Source: Ophelia neglecta | Lineage: Eukaryota | Direction of reading: 5' to 3' | NCBI GenBank assembly: GCA_965285935.1 | Contig: OZ260663.1 | Span: 3,348,001-3,412,000, forward strand | DNA length: 64,000 bases | Shown: in pieces, positions 37,401 through 47,848 of the stretch | Position numbering within the stretch: position 1 is the first letter of the stretch | Layout of the letters: every line of letters starts with the position of its first letter | The notes under the pieces: model-generated | What the model saw: the letters and a program-made list of their open reading frames with translations, nothing else | Told to the model about the DNA's origin: nothing | The model's database searches: none | Position numbers and translations under genes: made by a program

Positions 37401-40400
37401 TTTGAATCAAACCACTATAGTTTGGACATACCGTTCAAATGTAGACCACCTCAGCTAAGAGACAACAGATCTATGGCTGAACATCGGCTACGCCTTCTTG
37501 GCAAGCGCCTAAATCGAGATGACACGCTCAAGAACAAATATATCACTGGCATACATGAACTCTTGGACAAAGGCTATGCTGAACCAGTGTCTCCCGAGGA
37601 AATGAAACGCCAGGATGGCGGAGTGTGGTATCTCCCTCACCATCCTGTTTTCAACTCCAAGAAACCTGACAAAACTAGGATTGTTTTTGACTGCAGTGCG
37701 AAGTTTTGTGGCCAGTCACTTAATGATGCAGTTTATCAGGGTCCAGATCTCACTAATAACCTCCTGGGAGTACTGTTGAGATTCAGACAACAACCTGTTG
37801 CCTTTATGGCAGATGTCGAAGCAATGTTTCACCAAGTGTTGGTGAACAGGCCTGATCGTGATGCCCTCAGATTCTTGTGGTGGAGCGATGATAATCCACA
37901 AAATGCTCCTGATACCTACCGGATGACAGCGCATTTATTTGGTGGTATTTGGTCACCTAGCTGTGCTAGTTACGCTTTGTGCCGCACTGCCATAGACCAC
38001 AGCAACAAGTGTGCCTCTGATGCAGTGACTGTGGACACTGTATTAAGGAATTTTTATGTGGATGACTGCCTAAAATCCTTAGAGACAGAAGAAGCTACAA
38101 TCCATTTGGTGAAACAACTCAAAGTTCTTTTAAAGGCTGGAGGCTTCAAACTGACCAAGTGGATCAGTAATTCTAGGGAAGTTTTGCGATCTCTGCCAGA
38201 GAGTGAATGGGCCAAGGAGATGAAGTCTCTTGATCTCGACAAGGATTTCCTGCCACTGGAGAGAGCTCTCGGTCTCCTTTGGATGGTGGAGATCGACACA
38301 TTCACATTTGATGCCAAAGTTAAAGACAACCCACTGACTCGCCGGGGACTGCTAAGTACAATGAGTTCGGTTTATGATCCCCTCGGCCTGGTCTGTCCTT
38401 TCATCATGGTAGCCAAAATGTTATTCCAGAGGCTCTGCCGGGAGAACATGGGATGGGATGATCCTATGCCAGCTGAAGTAGCATCCCAGTGGGGCCGGTG
38501 GTTGGAAGATTTGCCACAGTTGCGCAGGTTTCAGCTTCCAAGATGTGTCCAACCCAGTTCAGGTCATGCCACTATGTGCCAACTACACCACTTTTCGGAT
38601 GCATCCGAACTAGGGTTTGGAGCAGTAACTTACCTTCGCACAGTGGATGATCAGGGTAGAGTTTTCTGTATTCTCCTCATGGCCAAAGGAAGACTGTCAC
38701 CTATTAAAACACTTACCGTTCCACGTCTGGAGCTGACAGCAGCTGTTGTATCCACTCAGCTTGATGCCATTGCCAAGCAACAGATGGACATTGAGCTTGA
38801 ACCTTCCAACTATTGGACTGACAGCCAGATAGTACTTCACTACCTGACAAATCAAGACAAAAGATACCAGACTTTTGTTGCAAACCGACTCGAGAAGATT
38901 AGACTACAGTCTGATTGTTCACAGTGGAAGTATATCAGCACAGCTCAAAATCCAGCTGATGACATCTCTCGCGGAATGACTGCTACAGAACTAATTGCGA
39001 ACAGAAGATGGATTGAAGGACCACATTTCTTAAAACTCCCTGAGTCACATTGGCCAAAACAGCCCGACCTGTCAGGAAACAGTTTGACATCAATACCAGA
39101 GATCAAGAAAGACACTAAAGTGTATCATGTTGTCAACCGCAGCCAGTGTGATATCATAGCAATGCTGGCTGCTCATCATTCTGACTGGTACAAGCTTAAG
39201 AAAACTGTAGCTTGGTTACTTCGCTACAAGTCTTTCTTGTGTGACAAAGAGAAAACACCAACTGGTCCCCTGACAGTGAAGGATTTGCACGAAGCAGAAT
39301 CACAAATTGTAAGATATCTTCAGCTCAATGTAAATCCTGATAGCATCAAGCAGCTACAGCCTGTCCTCAACAGAGATGGCATTTTATGTGTGGGCGGTCG
39401 AATTTCTCAGTCAGAATTACCAGAGAGAATCAAACATCCATGGATTTTACCTCTGGGACCTGTCTCAGACATGATAATCCGACACTATCACATTGTCACA
39501 GCGCATTCTGGTGTTGAAAGAACCTTATCAGAACTGAGACAACACTTCTGGCTCATCAAAGGGAGACCTTCGATCAAGTCCATCATATACAAGTGCATTC
39601 CCTGCAAGAAGATGAAAGCCAAACCACAGTACCAACTCATGGCGGAATTACCAGCCGACCGGATCCTTTCAGGTGTGAATCCATTTGAGCATGTAGGTGT
39701 GGACTTCTTCGGGCCATTCATGGTAAAAAGAGCCAGGTCAACCGTCAAACGATATGGGTGTGTTTTCACTTGTCTCGTTATCAGAGCTGTCCACATAGAG
39801 ATATGCCACACATTGGACACAAACTCATTCATAGATGCACTTCAGCGGTTTATCAGTAGACGTGGTAGTCCAAGGCTCATTAGATCGGACAATGGCACCA
39901 ATTTTGTTGGCGCGGAGCGAGAGCTGCGGCAATCCATTGAAGAATGGAATCAGGGCGCCATCAATGACTTCCTTCACCAAAAGGCCATCCAGTGGAATTT
40001 CAATACACCTACGGCATCTCATACAGGTGGTGTGTGGGAACGTCTAATTAGGTCAATCCGCTCAACACTGAAAGGCCTAATCACCCAGCAGACCTTAACT
40101 GATGAAAGCCTTCTCACCCTCATGTGTTTGGTGGAGGGAATTCTAAATGGGCGTCCTCTCACCAAGGTATCGGATGACCCCAAAGATGACAACCCACTTA
40201 CGCCTAACCATCTTCTACTGCTCAGAGCAGGACCACAAGCACCTCCTGGAATCTTCAGCAAGGATGATGTGTACCGCAGAAGATGGCGCCAAACTCAATA
40301 TCTGGCGGATATCTTCTGGAGACGCTGGACCAAAGAGTACCTTCCTATACTTCAGCTGAGACAGAAGTGGTTAACACCGAAAAGGAACTTCAGGCCAGGT

Positions 40401-40625
40401 GACCTGGTTCTGGTTACCAATGAACAGCTTCCTCGTAATCAGTGGCCTCTTGGGCTCATCCTCAAGTCATACCCAGGAGTGGATGGACGAGTTAGATCTG
40501 TTCAACTAAAGTTCCAAGGTTCGGTTTATAATAGACCTACCAACAAACTTGTGCTCTTAGAGGGAATTTCCCAAGAAAGTGTACTATCCCAAGGTGAACC
40601 AAGACAAGTGACTCTTAATAACTGA
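34446..40625 (+). CDS. BEL/Pao Gag-Pol polyprotein (~2060 aa)
   Basis: DUF1759-like gag (FDGNPINYWSF), three Cys/His knuckles, protease LDNCS, RT YVDD, RNase H FSDASE/WTDS, integrase HSG..CIPC, VDFFGP, SDNG, WERLI. First ATG at 34446. Confidence 0.97.
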   Translation: MSFVRQQDQAKKNRKGLKTRITKVLKELSEIPMVETNFTTILKKTKQLSEAIVQFEDACADFHTMLIKDEDLQKSDEYLKQMVEKYVTEIRKYEDWLQATKSTVQNRISSDGSLRTPDSSQTRFKEIRHESRTPTGRSDREGHDEEIDSVSDAGASNVSITSSVMAAQRLKAEAEEMELRLRKERQEMEDEKQAFENKQRQEEARLNNMRLEFELQQRSLQLEMKEREIEYKEKVLNMAAEDNKTVRFLPEPPQARSTPSSVSKGKRRPPSIIPTNMYTEDNRPHDQYPEQSNMPSRGSPPTDSPPGQQGRPNQIDPTMQFMQQILNNSITNQREIAEFLGNTTTVLQQTLQQTMVQNHQNQQTLVQSLHLPKCDLQTFDGNPINYWSFIHAFEENVHIESLGNAGKLSRLRQYCTGQAKKVIESCSVMPPDQGYQRARQLLEERFGNAFTVAEAWLEKIEKLPDITNQKALQTYADELQNCKQTLKSMGYISELDNSRSLLRLAQKLPRDLQKSWSKKVVEIKVQKTRRPKVKDLVKFVAVSAEAARDPVFGEMFMSNDKFKQQGKKKQRIRGGKDKDKKGDMTFITQTTPPQSPPQSPPQSQHEQSISAAAAAVATPTRPPLKCPYCQAQHILFGCYQWKSLPVRDRLNFVQSKHLCVNCLKPHRTSECRKPTVCSIEGCGLKHTKFLHLPRQRPPDATLNSQSNGQTSQLTLQTTPQASASQNSGPQANQTPPLNSSTQSQPTEAPTSTPTYATYKVTGAGVGKVAMPIVPLKIRGKDSEFIQVYAMLDNCSTQTFCSEQLADKLKLEGEQKTIYLTTLEEERKPIGSRQVALEVTDLEENHTISLNNVATKTNLNINNDLLVTNEDIHNWPHLRDIQLPDVQCQEIHLLVGQDNADLFYPEERRKGQVGEPYAVKTIFGWTLHGPLKKGHKESYSHFTDTDNTLNLQVQRFWEIDNTNFEDQLTYSLNDKKVIQMWNDSLVFESNHYSLDIPFKCRPPQLRDNRSMAEHRLRLLGKRLNRDDTLKNKYITGIHELLDKGYAEPVSPEEMKRQDGGVWYLPHHPVFNSKKPDKTRIVFDCSAKFCGQSLNDAVYQGPDLTNNLLGVLLRFRQQPVAFMADVEAMFHQVLVNRPDRDALRFLWWSDDNPQNAPDTYRMTAHLFGGIWSPSCASYALCRTAIDHSNKCASDAVTVDTVLRNFYVDDCLKSLETEEATIHLVKQLKVLLKAGGFKLTKWISNSREVLRSLPESEWAKEMKSLDLDKDFLPLERALGLLWMVEIDTFTFDAKVKDNPLTRRGLLSTMSSVYDPLGLVCPFIMVAKMLFQRLCRENMGWDDPMPAEVASQWGRWLEDLPQLRRFQLPRCVQPSSGHATMCQLHHFSDASELGFGAVTYLRTVDDQGRVFCILLMAKGRLSPIKTLTVPRLELTAAVVSTQLDAIAKQQMDIELEPSNYWTDSQIVLHYLTNQDKRYQTFVANRLEKIRLQSDCSQWKYISTAQNPADDISRGMTATELIANRRWIEGPHFLKLPESHWPKQPDLSGNSLTSIPEIKKDTKVYHVVNRSQCDIIAMLAAHHSDWYKLKKTVAWLLRYKSFLCDKEKTPTGPLTVKDLHEAESQIVRYLQLNVNPDSIKQLQPVLNRDGILCVGGRISQSELPERIKHPWILPLGPVSDMIIRHYHIVTAHSGVERTLSELRQHFWLIKGRPSIKSIIYKCIPCKKMKAKPQYQLMAELPADRILSGVNPFEHVGVDFFGPFMVKRARSTVKRYGCVFTCLVIRAVHIEICHTLDTNSFIDALQRFISRRGSPRLIRSDNGTNFVGAERELRQSIEEWNQGAINDFLHQKAIQWNFNTPTASHTGGVWERLIRSIRSTLKGLITQQTLTDESLLTLMCLVEGILNGRPLTKVSDDPKDDNPLTPNHLLLLRAGPQAPPGIFSKDDVYRRRWRQTQYLADIFWRRWTKEYLPILQLRQKWLTPKRNFRPGDLVLVTNEQLPRNQWPLGLILKSYPGVDGRVRSVQLKFQGSVYNRPTNKLVLLEGISQESVLSQGEPRQVTLNN

Positions 40626-40841
40626 GATAGCTTGGCCAGCCTTGCCGTGTGACCTTCTGATGACGACCTTTGAAATGACTACAGGACAATGATCATATAT
40701 ATATATAAGTATTTTTTTTGTTACTTCTCTATTATTACAGCTCTAATTATTCAAATTTCAACATAGTATCCGACTGACATAACTATTGAGTTTGTTTTGT
40801 TGTTTAAAGATCTTTGTAATGCTCAGCATTAGGGGCCGGTA

Positions 40842-41621
40842 TGTAATACACCAAAACAAACATTGTAAACATTGTACATTGGTCAACAATTCCATTGTAA
40901 TGTAATTTGACTCGAGGTACAACACAATAGGCTGTGTAATACACAGGGTTGTATATTGAATGTATTGAAAGGTATTTGCTATTGTGTGGGGTCTTGACCA
41001 CTTGACCACTAGTAGGCAGTGTGCACAGACTGCCTTGGTGTAGCATGCTTACAGCAGGACACACATTTCAAGCTATCAACACATTTCAAGCTGTCAACAC
41101 TGTTTTTGACAAATTATGTAGCCCACAAAGAAGGTAAAGTAGCCAAATTAGTTTATTCTTGCATATGGAGTTTCTGACAATACTGTAGCAGTAAATTTGA
41201 TGATATATTCATTGTGTATTTCCTTTAATTTAAGTCAGTTTGTAGCTTCAAATTTATTTGTTCTCCTAGCTGTGTATATGCCTGTATAGGCCAGTATAGG
41301 CTACACTGTACAGCACCATAGGCTCATTACTGGTAATACTGGTACCATTGGTAAAACATAATAGTTAATGCTAGAATTCACATTAATTTAACTAAAATAT
41401 CCATTATTAGTTTCTTTTGTGTTAAACATAGAGTATATAGTCTGGTACATTATTACATTTTTTTTTTTTACAGTTTAACCGTCATTGCTGATTGCAAGTG
41501 TTCAAGCATTAGGCACCTCTAAACAAGAATTGACATTTGTACTGTATTTAACTGAACTATCAATACACTAATATCAAGCAAAAGGACGTGTTTAGCTTTA
41601 TTGGGGCTGTCAAGGGTTACA
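40842..41621 (+). repeat. 3' LTR (780 bp)
   Basis: Differs from the 5' LTR by two visible substitutions and one T in a homopolymer run. Confidence 0.97.
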
Positions 41622-43684
41622 ATATTGCAGGTTTACACATTGCAAATGAATTATTTGACACAGGTCAATATGCTGATGACACTTTCTTGTTTCTGGATGG
41701 TTCACAGAAATCCCTTAGAGCAGCAATTTCTATCTTTGACAGGTTTGAGAAATGTTCCGGTTTAAGACTAAATAAGGATAAAACAGAAGTTGTTTGGATA
41801 GGGCATAATGCCCATTTACAAGATAAGATATGTGCGGACTTGGGACTGAGGTGGGTTTCCAATTTTAGACTGCTTGGAATTAATTTTACTCAAAATTTGG
41901 AAGAGATGGAAGATATAAATTACTCGATAAAACTCATTGAAATACAAAAGATATTAAAAGCTTATGGAAAACGAAACTTAAGCCTGTTTGGAAAAATCAC
42001 TGTAATCAAGACCCTGGCTATTCCTAAGCTTGTGCATGTCTTATCGGTTCTCCAAGCACCAAGTAAGAGGTTCCTTGATGAGCTTAAAGGTACATTTAAT
42101 GCTTTCGTTTGGAATAATGGAAAGCCTAGGGTGAAAAAATGCGTTTTGTCCCAGAGTATTGAAAATGGTGGGGTCAAAATGACTGACTTGGACTTGTACA
42201 TTGCTTCCTTGAAAATAAGTTGGGTAAAGAGATTGTACACTACTTCAGGCTCATGGCAGAGTTTGTTTACAAGTATCGTAAAAGAGACAAGGACTTGTGA
42301 TATTTGGAAATTAGATGTAAAATCATTGAATTTGGTGGGGGGAGTTAAAAATAAATTTTGGGAGGAAACACTTCTATCATGGAAGATGTTTTTAAATATT
42401 GTTGAAGAGAATGTTCAAGATATACTTGAAAGACCACTTTGGAATACATATTTTGTTAGAAATGAAAACTTGAATTTATTGGCCCCTAAGCTTTATGATC
42501 GGGGATGTTATATGATTAAACATTTGTATGATATTGAAAGTGGTAATCTTTTGTCATATGAACGGTTCATAAATAAATTCCACATACGAGTTAACTATAT
42601 AGATTATCTGTCCTTAATATTAAGTGTTCCCACTGAATGGAAATATATGATACAGAACATGATAAACCGGGACAATTCAATTGTAAATGAAACCATTGTT
42701 GGCAAGGTAATATCTTATGAAAAGGTGTGTAGTAAAGTGTATTGGACTTTTATAGAAGGGAAGGAAACTGTATATCCAAATTCTTGGTCTAAATGGAATG
42801 AAAAATTAGGAATATTTTTGGAATTTAAAGATTTCAAGAAATACTTCATGTTGCCCTCTAAGAGCACTAGAGAAGCAAAACTTAGAAGTTTTCAGTATAA
42901 GATATTACATCGCTTCCTGCCAACAAATAAATGGCTATATCTGTGTAAGATAAAGTTGGATAATAAATGTACCTTCTGTAAATTGGAGGTTGAGACTCTT
43001 GAACATCTATTTTTTCACTGTCCATGTGTATCTGATCTATGGGAACAGTTGAAAACCTGGCTTCACCCAAATATTGTATTTGTACATCCTATACAGGAAA
43101 AGCATGTTATGTTGGGTTATACAGGTGTTGGTGGAAATATAGAAACTGAATGTATTAATATTATCTTTTTGTTAGTAAAGAGATACATATACATTGTAAA
43201 ATGTAAAGAGGGGAACTTGTCTTTTGCACAGCTGATATCTTTTGTTCGAGATTACTATGTTACAGAAATGCAATCTCTAAGGTACATGTCAAATGGAAGG
43301 CATAAACTGAAAAAAAGGTGGACCATTATCGAGGAGAAGCTGCTTGCAACAGGTTAATATCCAGATAGATGAATATATGTCAATAAACTTTGTGTTATAA
43401 TGTTTTTTGTACAGCTGATATCTTTTACTCGAGATTAACATGTTACAGAAATGCAAAATTTTGTTGTACAAATTCATGTAACCATCTCTGTATTATAATG
43501 TGCTCGGGAAATAAAAAAAAAAAAAAAAACAAAAAAAAACATGGCTATCAGAAGTGCCAAGGTTTCCATACTCATACTGCCTGATTGATAATTTTGAGGG
43601 GGAACCTATTGTGAATTCATGGTCGAAGGGCCAAAATTGTTTCGAATTAACGTGGAGGGGGCCAACATAATTAAGTTTGACTTA

Positions 43685-43975
43685 GGGACGGACCATTAGA
43701 TATCTAGGGGGGGGGGGGGGCAGAGAACTTGGCTCTAGTTAGGAATTTTTTTTTCATGAATAAAGTTGACAGAAAATTTTTTTTCACCACAGAAACTGCC
43801 AGATTATTTTTTTCCTCTGTATGATATATTTTTTTACTTAAAAATAATAGGCAGATTATTTTTTTTTTATGTATTTTTCTGGCAGATTATTTATTTTTGA
43901 GAAAATCAAAGCCAGAAAATTTATTTTCATTTTTTTCTGCCCCCCCCCCCCCCTAGATATCTAATGGTCGGTCCC
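43685..43975. mobile_element. PIF/Harbinger-type MITE
   Basis: TTA TSD and ~40-bp TIR GGGAC(G/C)GACCATTAGATATCTAG(G)nCAGA. Sits immediately after the GTAA splice donor of an integrase exon. Confidence 0.9.
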
Positions 43976-46900
43976 TTACTTGTATTCAAACACAGCTTTT
44001 TTTACCGTTACTTCAATATTACTCTCGGGTTCTTCTATGACGACTGCTGTCAAAATCATTTTCAACGTCTGGTTGAATCTTTCGAATCGGCCACCAGTAG
44101 CCGGGTCTCTAGGTATTCCTCTTCGCATGAGTACCCCAAATTGTTTCATGGTGGCACTAAATTATAAACCAAAATCAGTACTATGCATGATAATTATTTG
44201 AGCTGTTTCAATAGACAATGAAGTGCTGATACATTATTCATTTACTTAGACATACACAAAAGCTTTCCCAATGAACTGGGATCCATTGTCTGTCTGGACC
44301 GTCTCCGGTGTTCTACCCAAACTCCAGAATAGAGAGCAGAATATTGCGGCCACAGCTTCACTGGTTAGGGACTCCTTTGAGATGATATATGCCTAAGCAA
44401 ATCTGTGAAGAGAAGAAAGTGGTAAGAGTTATATGTTGAAAGGGTATTTATCCAGAATTGGCCATCCTTATTCCATAAAAAATATAAACAGAGCCCTCTA
44501 CTAATATAGCCACCTTTATTTATTTTTTAAGGAACAAATACATTTGTTGCATGTGTTCTTATCTTACCGACTGAAATAATCTAAGACAGTCAGTATCCAT
44601 ACAGCTTTTTTGGTCACCGGGTTTACAAACATTGTTAGATCTGACCCAATCCGCTCAAAGACACGATATATCCTCTGGGGCTGTCTGGCCACATGGCAGA
44701 CTGGTAGGTCCTATATAATTATGTAAGTTGAAATTATAAATATTATATAAAAATTAACATGATTATACAAAGAACTAAGGGCATTAGAATTAGAATTAAA
44801 ACAGGGTTGGATCCTGTTGATTGCATGATACAAAGATTAGGCTTATTCAAAACTGATTTTGAGCATACTTTTGCAATTTAGCCAATGGAAATAATGTCCT
44901 ATAAAACCATTTTCACCTTCATTGTGTTGCAGTTCTTCACCACGTCTAATACTGTCTGGTATCTGATTCCTGCATACATTGGAGCAATCTGCAGTCGGAA
45001 ACATGGCATGAACAGAAGGCAAAGGTTAATTAGTATTTTTCATGGTTGAAATTGTTTCAGTTTATAATTCAGGCTACATTCACTGCCCATTCCTCTGACT
45101 TAAAGAGGCCGCACATCTATGTTCCTTTCCTCAAATCAGTTCCTTTGTCAAATAGGCCTAACCGTATAACATTGACGAATGAGCCCTGAAGACGTAGTTC
45201 ATAACTGTTACAGTGAAAATCACTTCGCTTTTTTGTTGTTGCAGACTACATACATTTTTCAAATCTAGCGCACCACATGAAAAAAGTTTAATTACGTATG
45301 TTTTGTATAGGCCGTTGGTTCCTATATGGGCGTGCAGTGTGTGCTTCCTCTGCACTGTTTCTCGTACTTTGTCCTCTGGAACAACCTTAATGTTTGAAAA
45401 CATAACAAATCAATTGATACTGAAGTATTCTGTATCAACTTACCCGACAAACAGCCAAAAATATCATAATCTTTTTACAAAATTGACATCAGGGAGTGGA
45501 AAAAATTAGACACAATTATTGGCATAATAATGTTCCAACATTATGATATTGCAGGAAAAGAAAACTGACTTTCCATTGGTTTTGACCTGTCTAAAGAGAC
45601 CACTTGCCGATAAAGATTATCACTTGTTGAGTTCTTAATTAATTCATAAGTTTCACTGTATCTGAACAAACTCATCTCTTCACATCATAAATAAAGCCCT
45701 AGATATAGCAGTTTCCAAACCACTAACACTTCCCACGGAGTATTTGCAAAATGCAATAAGGGCTTGTACCAGTTCCTAAAGTTTTGGTGCCATTAGTCGA
45801 GTAGCTCTTGGTAATAATTAAAATTAAAGTGCAAAAAAACAGAATATTTGAGTCAGATTATGTTAACTGGGTTTGTCTTTCATTGTCATTTTTTGGAAAT
45901 TTCAATGTAAAATTTTGATTTTTAAGCCCATAATGCAACATTGCCACATGTGCAAGGTGCTAAATTTTGGTATGCTGTGCCCAGTCAAATTAAAGCTTCT
46001 GAGAGTGTCGAGGTGTTTATACCCTGATGTAAGGCTTATACTGTAGAATGTATTTTTTTAAATTGTGTTGTATATGATATGTTGGCTCTATTGTAATGAG
46101 TAACCATGTGATAATCTAGGCTTGCCTCACCTTATGCACTACTATGGGATATTAGTGATTTTGATTAATACAGTTTTTGATTTTTTTCATCCCAGCGCAT
46201 GTTTAGGCCAAGTAAATGACCAACTGTCCATTATACTTAGCACTCAAGAATTATACCTTGGTATTATATACTTGCAAGCCATTTATCAAATCATTTGGTT
46301 TCAAATATATAAACCTGGGTGTTGGATGGATAAGAAAAAGAAAAGTATGTTTTGTGGTTCGTTTAGAATATGACTTGAAGAGGATAGACCAACGATGGAC
46401 AAGTTTTCCTTTGTACTTCATGACATCATAACCAATTGGCTACCACACTTTATTAAGTTGGTGATTATTTTGTGATGAAGAAATACCCTATTTACTCTGC
46501 ATAACTGCTTTGTGTGTTTCTATATGTATTTGTTTGTTTATGTAGAGACAATAATTGAAATTGAATTAAAATTAAAATAAATCTTAAAATTTAGAAACAG
46601 CACAAGGACTCCAAAATTGTGTAAATAAATGGGTATAAAACCAAATATAAGCATAAAGGCTGGAGAAATGTGCTACAACTTGAACCTCACAACATATATT
46701 TTGAAAAGGTGCAAAATAAAGTATGTAATCCCAAATAATATGGATTAGGTGTTACTGGTAACACGAACGACCCTAAATTAAAATTTTATTTCATTAACCC
46801 CGACACTTACAATGGATTTGACATAGTTTTCCATCAAGATCTCTACAATCTCACTCAATGCAGAAATAAATGCTAGCAGGTGATATTTGTGGATTGTTAG

Positions 46901-47848
46901 TCCAAGGCTGCACTGCATTTTCAAAATGAACTCACCAGTAATTTGATAAAAGGTGGTAACAGGCAGGCAATGATATTGGGCCACAGTTAAAAATTTATAT
47001 GATCATAGGCCAGAAATTGGTCAGCGAGAAGAGAAAAAAATAAAATAAAATGATTTCCCTTCCTACCTACCCCTACATTTTTCAGACCTGTGACAGGAAA
47101 CACATTATCAATTTTGCTGGGCAAAAACAGTATTACTGGTGTAGGAAAGCTTGGTTTCCAATCATTGTGTATGAAGTAGTTAAAAATACTTTAATGTTAT
47201 AGGTTTAAACTTGAAAAGTCGTATATGTGAGAAAATTATATTAGACCTGTATCAGTGTATGCCTACGACAGAACCAAGTGCCGGAATTTTAGATCATTCA
47301 GTTATTTTCACATTTTTATGCTACGGACTGATATTAATGCATTGATCTGGCGATGCAAAGTAGGAACTTGAGCGCCTCGCACCTAGATTTTGCCTCAAAT
47401 TCCTGGGTAACACATATAAATTTGTTGACATTTTTCTCACTCAAGGAGATTGTGGAATTCGCTGACATTTGGTTTTACATTTATATTTTATACTGCATTC
47501 TTTTCAATAACTGTGGACTTTGAGAGAGACTGCGACTTTGCTTTTTAATTGCTTGAAGTACTGAGCGAGTTAACCGGACTACGTATTCCGGGGGAATGGG
47601 GGGGGGGGGTCCAACTGAAGTAAATATCGGACAAGTTAAATTTCATGTACATAATTTTAAACTACTGTTGACATAGTATTCTCGTAAAGAAGCAAATACA
47701 TTTAATGCTACATTTAATAAGTATCCAATCCATTAGATGTCATCGTAACCCATGGAATTTTATATGTCGCTTGATCAGTATACACAACAATATCATTGCA
47801 TTTGTGCCATTTATTATAATATGTATACACAAACCTTGACTTTTCCAG

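Larger units (their letters stand above)
33566..41621 (+). mobile_element. Intact BEL/Pao LTR retrotransposon
   Basis: 5-bp TSD ATATT (33561-33565, 41622-41626); TG...CA LTRs; PPT-like AGGGGCCGGTA at 40831-40841; single long ORF. Confidence 0.97.
31418..43357 (+). pseudogene. L1/Tx1 ORF2 (APE-RT-CCHC) with two nonsense codons, split by the BEL insertion
   Basis: NVRGL, GDWN, RLDFFL, SDHS; KTPGPDG, WRPISLL, DFEKAFD, G*RQGDPLSP. Rejoining 33565/41627 gives KRDNNIAGLHI...QYADD. C-terminal CTFC...HLFFHC. Stops at 31775 and 33479. Confidence 0.93.
29358..43537 (+). mobile_element. Full-length L1/Tx1-clade LINE, interrupted by a BEL element
   Basis: TSD AACATGGCTATC at 29346-29357 and 43538-43549; AATAAA plus poly(A) from 43510; ORF1, ~950-bp spacer, ORF2. 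Confidence 0.95.
21000..45800 (-). pseudogene. Intron-rich Ginger2/TDD-like transposase (HHCC, DD35E integrase, SH3-like tail) continuing into a USP-like protease domain
   Basis: Phase-compatible GT-AG exons: 45385-45296 (KHTLHAHIG), 44988-44917 (VVKNC), 44710-44568 (FERIGSDL...VLDYFSR), 44402-44256 (VQTDNGSQF), 44156-43980 (RFERFNQTLK...EYN), 29117-~28869 (NRIHSSL...APIE), ~28782-28658, 28591-28545 joined to 25061-24901 (KGDTGYYKVPNRDRAK), then further exons down to ~21 kb. Several in-frame stops; outer boundaries approximate. Confidence 0.85.

Noticed and set aside
34946-40359. Numerous short antisense and alternate-frame ORFs within the BEL and LINE coding regions
   Set aside because: They are shadow ORFs of the long reading frames with no recognisable motifs.
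41588-43357. 589-aa ORF starting inside the BEL 3' LTR as a chimeric LTR-driven gene
   Set aside because: It starts at GTG and is simply the downstream half of the interrupted L1 ORF2; there is no evidence of expression.
43980-45385. Maverick/Polinton or LTR-retrotransposon origin for the integrase
   Set aside because: It is intron-rich with no associated polB, ATPase, capsid, RT or LTR, which fits Ginger DNA transposons better.
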